A stretch of DNA of 64,000 bases, taken from positions 20,832,001 through 20,896,000 of the forward strand of contig OZ360232.1 of assembly GCA_977017645.1 (NCBI GenBank), in the 5' to 3' direction. Shown one piece after another: positions 50,246 to 63,358 of this stretch. A program made the translations under genes and the position numbers. The notes below the pieces were generated by a model. That model was not told the DNA's origin. It was given only the letters and a program-made list of their open reading frames with translations, and made no database searches. Positions within the stretch are counted from its first letter, which is position 1; every line of letters starts with the position of its first letter. The DNA comes from Torpedo marmorata. Its lineage: Eukaryota.

Positions 50246-50682
50246 ATGAGCTTGTGTAATTAGATTCAGAACAGTGGAATATTATACGCCATAACAGTTA
50301 TATAGTTGAAGGAGAACCTGAACTGGCAGCTCAATGATCTGGGGTACTGTAGTTACAGGTGTGATAAGAACAGCGAGAAGTGGGGGTGGGGGTTGTAATA
50401 TTAAGGAAAATATCACAGCCGTCATTAGAGATGACATTGCCAGAGAACTACTGTGTAAGGCAATGAGGGTGGAAATCAGTAACCAAAAAGGAGTAGCCAC
50501 CAAACTGTTACTGGGAGCTATAGGATCAAATATGCAGAGAGATTGCTGATATCTATAAAAAATAATAACGCTGCTATTGGAGGTGATTTTAACTTCCCTA
50601 ACATTGACCAGGAATGCCAAAGTATTAGAGGATTATGTGGAGTGAACGTTCAGTGTGTCCAGGAAAGTTAACTACAGAAATA

Positions 50683-53600
50683 TCTGAATCAGAATCAGAA
50701 TCAGAATTTATTATCATGAACAAGACACAAAATTCATTGTTTTGTGGCAGCATTACAGTGCAAAAATTCAAATAAACCACCTTACAAAAATAAATAAAAA
50801 ATAGTGCACGAAAAGTCAAGGTAAGGCAGTGTCTTTGGTTCATTGATCATTCAAGAATCTGATGGCAGCGGGGAAGAAGCTGTCCTTGTGCCGCTGAGTG
50901 CTCATCTTCAGGCTCCTGTACCTTTTTCCCGATGGTAGCAGAGTGAAGAGGGCATGGCCTAAATAGTGGGGGTCCTTGAGGATAGAGGTTGCTTTCTTCA
51001 GACACCGCCTCTATATATAGATGTCCTCGATGGAGTGAAGTCTGGTGCCTGTGAAGTCGCAGGCCAAGTTAACAACCTTCATTTTTTCTTGTCCTGAGCG
51101 TTGGCACCTCTGTACCAGACAGTGATCCAACCAGCCAGATTGCTCTCCACGGTACACCTGTAGAAGTTTTCGAGAGTGACATACCAAATCTCCTCAAACA
51201 CCTGTAATGGATGTGTTATTGTTAATATTAATATTTAAAGTTAAGTTATAGAATTATATATCTTAGTAAGGTTAATTGTGGGCTGGTACAGGGTCACACA
51301 CAGGTCACAGCACATTTGCGGGAAAAACCTATTACTCAGAGAGAGAGTTCAGTTTGGAGTTGCCGCGTCTAAGAAGACAACAGCCAATAATGAAACAGAG
51401 TGCATTTAAGTGATTTAAGGACAATGTGTGGTTTTTAAAAGCCTTATGATAGCAGCTTTTGCAAACTCAAGTGCCATTTGAGTGATGTGCCAGACTATTC
51501 AGAGTCGTAATCACATAATCTTGGAACAGAGATGAGGTCAGATGTTTTTGTGGATGTAAGTGATTTTGAAGAAAGGCATGAGGTAATGCTTTCGAAAATG
51601 AAACTAAAACTGTGGTGATGTAATGTCGCATGATGTCAGAAATATGTAATGAAAGCAGAGAGACATTTTGAAACAGATTGAACCAGACTGAAGAATTTTG
51701 ATATTCTGGAAAGGCAGAATCATTTTATGAGCAGTGATCTCTGAATGAATGGAGGTGCTGTTTCTGTGTATTATCCTTATCATAGGAGATACACCATATA
51801 AGTGGCTTTTAAAATAAGTAAGACCACTTTCAAATTGTTTCTAAGAAAAGAGGACATCACCGTATGTTACTCCTGATTAAGAAAGAAATCATCATGAATA
51901 TCACAGTTCCGTAACCCTAACAAGATAGGGGGAATCTTGTGAACACACTCGTATGAAGACTATCTCTGAAAGACCACTCATCAACAGACGTGTGAGTTTG
52001 ACAGAAATTGAATACTCCATTCTTGCTTTATAATAACTTCTGAATCACAATTTAAAGGGATCCTGAAGTTCAACAAAAGAAGTTGGAAACTGGACTTTAA
52101 AAATTGACTTTTTCAGATTTAAGTTTAAATTGAAATAGTTTGGACTTTAACACACACACATTTACATTTGCACATAGTGGGGTTTAAGTTAGAGTTAAGT
52201 TTAGAGATAAGTAAGATATGTTATGTTATTAATAGTTTAAATAAAAACTATTTTTGAATTTACCATTGTCTGGTGCATATTCCATTGCTGTTCCTTTGTT
52301 AGTAGTAACAGGGTTTGTTAGTTCGAAACACACCTCACAATGAATAGCCGCTGCGAGTCTTCTTCATGATTGCATCGAAATGGAGGCTCTATGACAGATC
52401 CTCGGAGATGTTGACGCCCAGGAATTTGAAGTTCTTGACCCTCTCCACTACTGAGCCCTCGATTAGGATTGGTTCATGTTCTCCTGACTTTCTCTTGAAA
52501 TCCACAATCATCTCCTTGGTTTTGCTAATGTTGAGTGCAAGGTTGTTGGTCTGATACCACTCAATGAGCTGATCTATCTCCCTCCTGTACGTTTCCTCAT
52601 CGCCGTCTGTGATTCTGCCGACAACTGTGGTGTCATCGGCAAATTTGTAGATAGCATTGAATTGTGTCTGGCCACACAGTCATTGGTGTATAGTGAGTAG
52701 AGAAGTGAGCAAAGCACGCATCCTTCAGGTGCGCTTGTGTTGATAGTCAGCAAGGAGGAGACATTGTTACCAATTCGTACTGACTGTGGTCTTCCGATGA
52801 GGAAGTCAAGGATCCAGTTGCAGAGGGGGGGTGCAGAGGACCAGGGTTTGGAGCTTGTTGACCAGTACTAAGGGAATAATGGTGTTGAAGGCTGAGATGT
52901 TGTTGATGAAGAGCAGCTGTATGTATGTGTTGCTGTTTTCGAGATGATCCAGAGCTGAGTGGAGAGCCAGTGATATTGCGTCTGCTGTGGAGCGATTGTG
53001 ATGATAGGTGAATTGCAGTGGGTCCAGTCCTTTGCTTATTTAAGTGTTAATTCTGATCATGATCAAGCTCTCAAAGCATTTCAACACAGAAGATGTAAGT
53101 GCTACTGGGCGATAGTCTTTGAGGCAGCTCACTCTGCTCTGCTCTTCTTGGGATGATTCATGCCCTTTTGAATCAGGTGGGAACCTCTGACTGCAGCAAT
53201 GAGAGATTTAAAATGTCCGTGAACACTCTGGCTAGTTGGTTGGCACAGAATTTTAGTACTCTGCCAGGTACGCCGTCAGGGTGTGACACCTTTTGAGGGA
53301 TCACCCTCTTGAATGATGTTCTTACGTCGGCCTCAGAGATAGATATCACAGGGTCCTCAGCCTTTGCAGGGATTCTTGTAAGCACTGTTGGGTCCTCCTT
53401 CTCAAAGTAGGCATAGAAGGTGTTCAGCTCATCGGGTAATGAAGCATCACAGCCATCTATGGTGTTCACCCTTGCTTTGTAGGCTGCAATGGCCTGCACT
53501 CTCTGCCGTGGCTGGCGTGTATCTGTCTCTGTCTCTATCTTCCTCCGGAATTGCCACTATGTTGCAGAGATAGCCTTCCGCAGGTCATACCAGGACTTTT

Positions 53601-54112
53601 TGTAGAGATTTGGATCCCCGACCTTAAACGCCCTTGATCTTGCCCTCAGTGGGTTGCAAATCCTCTGATTCATCCAAGGCTTCTGGTTGGGGAACACTCG
53701 GTATGTGCGCGTGGGCACACACTTGTCCACGCAGGTCTTGATGAAGTCGATGACACATGTTGCATATTCATTCAAGTCTAAGGATGAGTTCTTGAATATG
53801 AGCCAGTCCACCGTTTCAAAGCAGTCCTGTAGATGCTCCTCCGCCTCCCTCAACCATACTTTCACCGTCTTCACTGCTGGTGCTGTGGTCGTCAGTCTCT
53901 GCTTGTACGCCGGGTGTAGAAGTACCTCCAGGTGATCAGACTTTCCAAAGTGCGGTCGTGGTATGGCTCGGTAGGTGTTCTTCATGGTGGTGTAGCAGTA
54001 GTCGAGTGTGTTGGCTCCTCTGGTCTCACATGTGACATGTTGGTGGTAGTTCGTTAGAGTCTTCTTCAGGTTGGCCTGATTGAAGCCCCCTACAATGATC
54101 GGGAAGGCATCT
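50683..54112 (-). mobile_element. Long Rex1/Babar LINE (part of endonuclease + RT), disrupted, containing a solo LTR
   Basis: (ttctga)n tail, RT homologous to 42357-43481, PHFGKSDH and VFPNQKPW motifs. Confidence 0.92.
51203..52330 (+). mobile_element. Probable solo LTR (1128 bp)
   Basis: TGTAA...AAACA termini, 4-bp TSD cacc (51199-51202, 52331-52334), AATAAA near 52240. Rex1 sequence rejoins across it. Confidence 0.82.
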
Positions 54113-56394
54113 GGATAGACCCATTAGGAAAAGGGCAATATTGGATTTTGCACTGTGGAAAGTAGCTGGTCAGGAAACTAAGGTAGTGGTAGGGGAACAC
54201 TTTGACACTAATAATCACAATTCTGTTAGCTTTAAGGTAGTTATGGAAAAGAATAACAATGGTCCTCACTTTAAAATTCTAAGTTGGGGCAAGACAAATT
54301 TTGACAAGATTAGGCAGAAGTTAACAATAGTTGACTGGAAACAAATGTTAGAGGTGTTAAAAATGTGATAAAGATCAAGGATGAACATGTTCTCAGTAAA
54401 GGCCAGGAATGGCCATGTATATGAACCCTTGTTAACACGAGATATAGAGCCACAGATCAGGAACAACATGCCAGATACAGACAAACAGGTTCAATGAAAT
54501 GCCTTGAGTTAGGAATGTTGAAGCCGAGAAAAGAGAAAAATAAGGAGGGATAAAAGAGGTTATGAGATGGCTTTGGCAGACCGTGAAAGGGGGAAAGCAA
54601 ACAAATTTATTGGTATATTAAGAACAAAAGGGATATGAAGGAATGAATAGGTCCCCTTATGGATCAGGTGGAGAATATATGTGTAGAGATGGGGAAGATC
54701 TTAAATCAATACTTTGAGAATGTCTTTACTGTGGAACAGGATAAGCAGGAGTGGGAGGTGAAAGAGGTAACAAAATAGCCTAGAGCATGTCTGCATCAGA
54801 AATTAAGAGCTGTTGGCTGTCTTGGATTGTATCAAATGGATAAATCTCTAGTTTCAGACCAGGTGTATCCCAGAATATTGTGGGAAGGCAGGAATTAAAT
54901 TGTTGGGGTGTGACAAACATTTTAACTCATTGTTGAGGACAGGAGACGTTCCTAAGGGCTGGAGAATGGCAAATGAGTGCAGTTGCATAAAAAGTTCTGT
55001 GAAGATAATCCAGGCAACTACAAAGCTGTTGGAGGAAGTGGTAGAGAAACTGCTGGAGAGAATCATGAGAGATAGAATCTATCAACATTTGGATGGCTGG
55101 GGAATATTAGGGAGAGCCAGCATGAATTTTGTGAACCTGATAGAATGGTTTGAATAGGTAACAAAGAGGACGAGGATGTTATTTATATGGATTTTCATCA
55201 AGCATTTGAAAAGGTCCTGCAAGGTAAGTTGATATGAAAAGCTTCTGCACATGGGATAGGAGGCCAAGTGGATAAAATTTGACTCAGTGGTAAGAGTCAG
55301 AGAGTGGTTGTAGAGGGCAATTTTTCAGACTAGAGGACGTGACCAGTGGAGTGCCTCCGGCTTCTGCACTAGTGTCCTTGATTTTTGTAATACAGAATAC
55401 ATAATTTAGACAAAGATGTTTGTGGCAAGGTAAGTAAGTTTGTTGATGACACAAATATGTGCTACAGTGAACAATAAAGAAGGTTACCTGGGTTTGCAAC
55501 AGGATCCATACCAGATGGGGATCTGGATGAAGGAATGGCAGATGTAGTTCAACTCTGAGAAGTGTCGGGTACTGCATTTGGTTAAATCAGATGAGACCAG
55601 GACTTGTTCTGTTAACAGTAGGGCCCCAACAATCTTGTGGAACTGAGGGACCTCCGGGTGCAGGAATATAATTCTTCAAAGGTTGCAGCACAGGAAAACA
55701 ATAGTGAAGAGAGGATTTGGGATGCTTGCCTAGCCTTCATTATATTATAAAGTTGGAAAGGATGTAGAAGAGGTTTACAAAGTTGTTGGCAGGATTAGGG
55801 AAGTTGAGTTATTGTGAGAGGCTGGAAAAGCTAGGGCTGATTTCCCATAGAAGATTGAGAGGAGGTGTTATTGAGGTCCATAAAATCATAAGGGCCATTG
55901 ATAAGGTGAATAGTGACACTCATCCTAGAGTGGGAGAATCTAAGGCAAGAGGGCACAAGTACAAGTTGTGGGGAGTGGGATTTACAAGGGACGTGAGGGG
56001 ACAGTATTTCACTCACAGCATGGTGGGCATATGGAATGAGCTGCCAGACAAAGTGGTGGAAGCTTCCTTTAAGAAACACTTGGATAATTACATGAATGGG
56101 AGTGGATTTGAGGGATCTGGGCCTACTCTTAATGAGTTGATTCTTGGAAGTAAAAATATTTGCAATTGCTTCAATATCCAATTTTCTCATGTCCAACACA
56201 TCAAAGCATAAACCTTGACGTCATCTGAACATATTTCCTGAATAGAAATGAAACAGGAAATTTTCAGCAAGTCGGCTGGAATATCTGGATAGAACAGAAA
56301 AAAGGAGTTGAGATTTCAGGCTCAATACCCTTTCATTAGAAGTGTGGAAAGTTAACATTGAAGCAGTTTTATCTTGGCGAATGGGAGGGGTGAA

Positions 56395-57122
56395 GAGATC
56401 ATTTTAATGTTTATTGTCATATATATTGTACAATATATATGTGCACTAAAATTCTTTTGCTTTCTGCAGCCAAATAGGTACTTTGTTTTTAAAAGAAACC
56501 CCAATAATATACCTGAAATTGCCGTATTGTAAAAATATAATAAATACAAAACAGAGATAGATCATAAATATTCACAATTACAATAGTGCAAGAAAAAGAA
56601 ACTGGCATTACAATAGTGCAGACAGGCCTTTTTATGGTGATGGAATAGTTTGATTAGTGCAGTAAGAGGAGGTTAAAGACCATGATAGTTGTTGGAAATA
56701 AACTATTCTTGAATCTGGAATTTTGAATCTTGAATCAGGCTTCTGTACCTTCTTCCCAAAGGTACCAGCAAGATGAGGTTGTGACCAAGGTGATGGGGGT
56801 CCTTTATGATGTTGGCAGCTTTCCTGAGGCAGTTCCTCGTATAGATATCTTTAATGGATGGGAAGTTATATCCCGTGACGGACTTGTCTATGTTTGCTAC
56901 CATCTGTAGCCTTCTGCGTTCCTGGGCTCTCAAATTACCAAACCAGACTATTATGCAATCAGTCAGTATACTTTCCACAGTGCCTGTCAAAGTTTGTTAG
57001 AGTATTCAAGGACATGCCAAATCTGCTCAGACTTCTTAGAAAGTTCAAGAGTTGTTATCCCTTCTTTATGGTTGCCTCAACATGTTGGCTCCAGGAGAGG
57101 CCTTCTGATGTATGTACTCCTA
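56395..57122 (-). mobile_element. Older Rex1-like LINE 3' fragment inside a Penelope-like remnant
   Basis: GTVESILTDCIIVWFGN..IIKDPHHLGH..GRRYRS; tttattgtca tail. Confidence 0.8.
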
Positions 57123-57401
57123 GAACAAGAAGACCAGAAGAGAGCAGGAAAGACTGAATGACACAAAAGTAGTGGTGCCGAGAGAATGTTGAAGGTTTGT
57201 AACTCACAGCTGAGCTATCCGGAAGGAGATAAATTAGGTCAGAGGAATGAAAAATGCAGAGAGATAACTGTAAAATATAGACACCCCAGTTGCTAGAAAT
57301 AAATTAATGGTAATTCTGAAAATACTCAATAGATCAATCAACTTCTGTTGAGAAAAAAACTGAGATAACAGTAAAGGTTGATATTATTTTATCAGAACTG
57401 G

Positions 57402-58720
57402 CCTATCGCCCAGTAGCACTAACTTCTACTGTGATGAAATGCTTTGAGAGGCTGGTCATGGCCAGAATTAACACATACCTAAGCAAAGATCTGGACCCAC
57501 TGCAATTCGCCTATCGTCACAATCGCTCCACAGCAGATGCAATATCGCTGGCTCTCCACTCAGCTCTGGATCACCTCGAAAACAGCAATTCATACATACG
57601 GCTGCTCTTCATAGACTACAGCTCGGCCTTCAATACCATTATTCCCTCAGTGCTGGTCAAGAAGCTACAAACTCTAGGCCTCTGTAGCCCCCTCTGCAAC
57701 TGGATCCTTGACTTTCTCATCGGAAGACCACAGTCAGTACGAATTGGAAACAACGTCTCCTCCTCACTGATTATCAACACAAGCGCACCCCAAGGATGCG
57801 TGCTTAGTCCACTGCTCTACTCGATATACACTCATGACTGTGTGGCCAGGCACAATTCCAATGCCATCTACAAGTTTGCCGATGACACCACAGTTGTCGG
57901 CAGAATCACAAACGGCAATGAGGAAGCGTACAGGAGGGAGATAGATCAGCTCATTGAATGGTGTAATGACAACAACCTTGAGCTCAACGTCAGCAAAACC
58001 AAGGAGATGATTGTGGACTTCAGGAGGAAGTCAGGGGAACACAACCCAGTCCTCATCGAGGGCTCAGTCGTGGAGAGGGTCAAGAACTTAAAATTCCTGG
58101 GTGTCAACATCTCCGAGGATCTGTCCTGGAGCATCCACGTGGATGCAATCACAAAGAAGGCTCGTCAGCGGCTATACTTTGTGAAGCGATTGCGGAGATT
58201 CGGTATGTCGCCAAAGACTCTCGTGAACTTCTACAGGTGTACCGTGGAGAGCATTCTAGCTGGTTGCATCACTGCCTGGTATGGTGGCGCCAACTCCCCG
58301 GACAAGAGCAAACTCCAGAAGGTTGTTAACTCGGCCTGTGACATCACGGGCACCAAACTTCACTCCATCGAGGACATCTACATGAGGCGATGTCTTAATA
58401 AAGCAGCCTCTATCCTCAAGGACCCCCACCACCCAGGCCATGCCCTCTTCACGCTGCTTCCATCGGGGAAAAAGGTACAGGAGCCTAAAGACGAGCACTC
58501 AACGGCACAAGGTCAGCTTCTTCCCCGCTGCCATCAGATTCCTGAACAATCAATGAACCAAAGACACTAGTGCACTATTGTTATAATTTTTTTTATATAG
58601 TAATGTCATTAGAATGGTTAATATGAATGTTAATTGCACTATGATGCTGCCGCAAAGCACCGAATTTCATGACCTGTTCATGACAATAAATTCTGATTCT
58701 GATTCTGATTCTGATTCTGA
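57402..58720 (+). mobile_element. 5'-truncated Rex1/Babar LINE (RT), young
   Basis: 379-aa ORF 57431-58570, nearly identical to 42357-43481; (ttctga)n tail. Confidence 0.95.
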
Positions 58721-58807
58721 CATAAACTGTAAAAGATGATTTTCAGAAACTGTTGAATTTGTGCTTAGTTAGTTCAAGTGCTTCATTGAAAAATGAGATG
58801 GTGTTCG

Positions 58808-59112
58808 TTTTTCAATTTCAAGATTATTGTCACATGCAGCAAAATGAAGCGATGGAGCTTATTTGAAGAGCAGACATTGTACAAAATTAAAGAAGTGCAG
58901 AGTACAGAGAAATAGCAGTTGGTACAGAACAAAGGTAACATAATTTTACTATCTGTGGGTTCATTCAGGAGTGTAATGGCAGGAAAGATACTGTCCTTAA
59001 ATCTGGAGGTGCGTGACCTCATACTCTTGTATCTTCCTGATGGGAGGGGGTGAAGAGAGTGTGGCTGGAATTATTTGAGTGTTTAAATATGTTGGCTGCT
59101 TTTCCAAGGCAG
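58808..59112 (-). mobile_element. Degraded Rex1-like 3' fragment
   Basis: LGKAANIFK and RTSRFKDSIFPAITLLN on the minus strand. Confidence 0.65.
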
Positions 59113-62100
59113 TAGGAGTTATTGTTGTAACATGCAAAGAAGGCATGCAGACAAATCAGAGTCAGAGTGAGATAAAGATCAAGAATGACAGGTATTATTT
59201 TTGTTATTGATAATATGTTTGGCTTTAAAAAATACAAATAACTTATTTTTAATTTTTTTTTAAAGAATGACAGGTGACTGGAAGTTTTGTCAGCCTTGTA
59301 GGTTGAATGATATTCTGAAAAGCATTCACCGAACCTTCATTTTCTCCAACAGTGAGGAGATGATATTGTTATCATCAAATGGTGTTCACTAACTTGGAAG
59401 AAGCAAGTTGAATTGCAATTGCACTTTGGAAGGAGGTTTTATTTCTATTTCTCTGGCTGGTGGGAAAGGAAGAGATAAAAAGGCAATTGTATCTCCTCTT
59501 GGAAATTATTTTGAGAAAGGGGATAAGTGTTGGTGGAACTAGAAGAGAGTTGCTGGTAGTTGCAGAGGGAAAGACTCTTTAAGAAGGTTGAAAGAAGAGT
59601 GAAGGGGAAGATGTATCTGTTGGTAGCATCATAGCATCATAAAGTCAGAGTTGTACAGCACAGAAATTAGCCCTTCGGCCCAACATGTCTATGCCTGCCC
59701 ATCCGATGCTGTATAAGTAACTAGTTTGCACAATGTTAGTCTGACCTTGTGTGAGCATATTTGCACTGCCGATGCCAATGTTGAGATTATCTCCCCTTTA
59801 TTCTCTCAGTCCTGGTGCAGAGTATTGACACCTATTTTTGTCTATCTACCTCCATTTTAAAAATAGTCAGAAACTGCACAGGCCATTAAGGAAGAGAGTT
59901 CCAAAGATTCCCAATCCTCATCCGTTTTAAATAAGTAGCCCATTATTTTTAAACAATAACTTTTAGCTGTAGAGTTACCCATGAGAAGAAGCATCCTCTC
60001 CACATCTTTTCTGGCGAAACCCTGCAGGAAATTAAAGATCTCAATGAAATCTTCTTTGAAATTTTAATGGACGTCCATTATTTCCACCTGATAAAGGATC
60101 AATTCCAGACATTAGTCTGTTAAATCTATCATGCCTACTGGAGAAAAAGGTAGGACAAATAACGGGAGAGCTGTCTGGATGACCAAAGCAATAGGGAGTA
60201 AAATAAAATCAACCACAAATGATGGTAAAAGTGTGATGCTTGTGGAAAACTCAGAGATAAGGCTAAGAGGGGCAGAGATTAGTGCAATCCTAAAAAAGAA
60301 ATCTAAAAATCATTATTGCTTTATCAGTAGATACAAAATACTTTGATTTTTTTTTTCTCCCTGCTAATTGAAGACAAATGAGCAGTGTTTTCCTCTCCCA
60401 GAGGATTGTGGATCATTGGACTTGTCTATCCTAGCAAGCTCTCAAAGGTGCATCACTGAATATATTCAAGGTTGAGATAAATTTTTGGCCTGTAGGGGAA
60501 TCTGTGATTATGAGGAACAGGTAGAAAAGTAGAGCTTGAGGCCAAGATCTGTTCAGTCATGTTCTTATTGAATAATTGAGAAGGCTCAAGGGGCTATATG
60601 GCTAACTCTAGCTCTTATATTTTTTTTAATGTTGTCAGCTTCGCATGAAAGAGCCCAAAAATACAAAAAATAAAGTTGTCTGCATCCTATCATCCATCAT
60701 CTGTCACCACAAAGCCTATTTGAAGCGCATATTATCAAACTTTATATTCAGAAACTAGGTGAATCCATTTTTCATTTTGCATGACCTCAGTTCAGATCCA
60801 GGTAAGACTGAATATGTCTCCCCTCCAATGGATCGATGTATAAGTCTTAAATGAAATAGATCTGGCACAGCATTATGAGTAACTGGAAAACATCTGATGT
60901 AGTGAAATGTTTCTCCAACTGCAGCAATTCTTTTCCTTTTGAATTCCATGCTATTATTTTAAAATAAATCTCTTGGGACCTTTTCATGGTTCACTTTCCA
61001 GATATTGACATCTGCTTGAAGGGTTAAAGTAAAAACTGTTAAACAATTGAATTATATCTGTATTTTATTAATAAGATGACACCTTCCTGTTTAATCTTTC
61101 AACTATGTTTTTCAATATAGGCACTTCACCAAAAGTACTCATCAAATAAATCATCCTATATTGCAGTTGGTGAAACATCAGACCTCTTTCCTTTTGTTTG
61201 CTATTTCTTAAGGTTTTTTTGTTTCTCTGGTTTCCTTGAACATTTGTCACCCTCAGTTTTGGAGATGCACATTAGAATTGTATGTGGGCATTGCTTTTCA
61301 GTTTCACTGAACTCGATATTGGAATTGAAGTACAATGTGCGACCAGTGCAATATTCTTTATTTAGTGAAGGCAGCTAATATCCATTTCTCTTGAAATTTA
61401 TCATTTCATTAACGGAGACTGAAGACATAAACACAGATCTGAGGGAAGCCTTTATTAGTGTTATAACAAAAACAAATGCCCATTTATCTTAAGTGTGGTG
61501 ATTTCATCAGATGACCTCCTCGTGGGATAATAAATGGGCATGAATGCATAGTCACATACAATAAGTATTTTGGATAATGGCAAATAAATATAGATGACTA
61601 TGATTTATAACTAGTGTCATAAACAGAAAAGAGATGAGAATCTTAGAATTACATATACATTAAAATTGTTTTATTCTTCATTATGAATGTTTCTGACAGC
61701 CTGTTTACTTCAAGTGACTAATGAATAATGACATGAAGCATTAACAACTGCAATGCAATTGATGCATGTTTTGAAATAATAATATACAGTTGATTATTAT
61801 ACAATAACACAATCAGTGATCAATATATTTTAATATTTTTAAATGAAAGGCTGAAAATGAGATTCTATTTTAATTTTTCATGGCATTTCAGTTTTGTTTT
61901 CAGCTCGAATAGAGCAAGAGATATTGAATCAGGAGCTGACTATCAGCGCTGATGATTGTCAACTCAGCCTTCACTTAATTGCTATTTACTTAGCAGTCTA
62001 TCTTATTCCAGGCATGTTTGTGAACAAGTCAACATTTTTCTGGTTCTTTTATTGGTTTGCCAGAGTAAGCTGAATAGCTCTCTTTCAGTTATCATGGCCT

Positions 62101-62554
62101 GAATTTTAAATCTAGTTTATAAATTCATCTTAATGTAACCTAAATTGGGCAAGATGTGTGCAATTTTATCTAAAGCTTGATACTGTATTTGTTTTATTTT
62201 AGTAAACCAGAGATGGTCTTTTCACGCATGTTGGAATGTATCCGATAAAATGCCCAGGAAAACAATGGGAAAAAGAATCTGCTAACAGTAATCAGGCTCT
62301 CACTTCTCTTACATTGGATGAGAATACTGTCCTCATCTGAGTTTATTTTGTTGGTTTCAGACAATGATAATTTGTGAAATCAAGCAAGATGCAGAGCGTG
62401 TGCTCCAAGGGAGAGGGGCAGAAGTGGGTGCTTTGGTGGGAGATCTTGTCCATCCTAGATTCAGATGAAATCCCTATAGCAGCACAACAGGAAGGATCAT
62501 CGGACTCTTCTTCAGTAAGGGGGCCGTAACAGAAATATACCAAGTGTTGCAGAT

Positions 62555-62948
62555 GGGTGTTTATTGTCATATACATAAGTACAGTGTGCAGACACACCAA
62601 AAGTCTTACTTGCTAAGATACACTAACTACAATTGTATAAATTAAATTACCATAATATGCCAAGACAGAAAAATAAATCACAAATATAAAAGGATTGATA
62701 AGTAAATATTCACAGTTGCAGTTATTGCAAGAAAAAGACGATGTTTCAATAGTGCAGACAAATCTTTTGGTGATCCTGGAGTATTTTATGGTCAGGGTAG
62801 TATGGGAAATTTCTGGAGCCTGATAGCTATTTGAAAAAAAAAAATGGAGGTGCTAGACGTCAGGCCACTGTACCTTTTGCCTGAAGGTTGCAGCAAGAAG
62901 AGACTGTGACCAGGGTGCTGGGGATCCTTTATGGTGTTGGCTGTCTTC
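62555..62948 (-). mobile_element. Degraded Rex1-like 3' fragment
   Basis: tttattgtcata tail and tgtaccttttgcctgaaggt..gatcctttatggtgttggctg, similar to 56395-56830. Confidence 0.65.
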
Positions 62949-63358
62949 TTTTTTTTAAAATATTTTATTTAAAATTTTTAATCACAAAATACATAAAATA
63001 GAATATAAAATTATCAAATTATTTGTGATACATTTTCTCCCCCCTCCCTCCCTCCCCTCCCCAACCCCCCCCCCCCCCCGCACCCCCACTAATCTAGTAA
63101 AAATGAAATAAAAAGTAAAAATAGAAAAAAAAGAAAGAAAAAGATAGAGTAAGGGGAATGCCATCTATAAACTAATTCTATTATGGAGGTCAAGTGTGCC
63201 AGTAGATCCGATATCCAGAGATCTTCAAATCCTTAAACCAACAGCTTTCATATATGGGCTCCAAATTTTTAAGAAAAAATGATAATTATTACGTAAATTA
63301 TAAGTAATTTTTTCAAGTGGTATACACAAACAAAGTTCTGCATGCCATCTTTCTAATC
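62949..63358 (-). mobile_element. L1 3' end (subfamily A)
   Basis: Highly similar to 3412-3840; cut off by the next L1. Confidence 0.92.

Larger units (their letters stand above)
45595..56120 (+). mobile_element. Very old CR1 ORF2 acting as host, in three segments (about 45595-45754, 50246-50684, 54113-56120)
   Basis: YFNARS..K.DE|L across the Gypsy site, GGDFNFP, then ILD..SFKVVMEK, degraded RT and FTHSMVGIWNELP. Confidence 0.8.

Noticed and set aside
59250-62550. Short ORFs and a possible downstream gene
   Set aside because: AT-rich DNA with decayed Penelope and CR1 remnants; no recognisable protein or exon structure.
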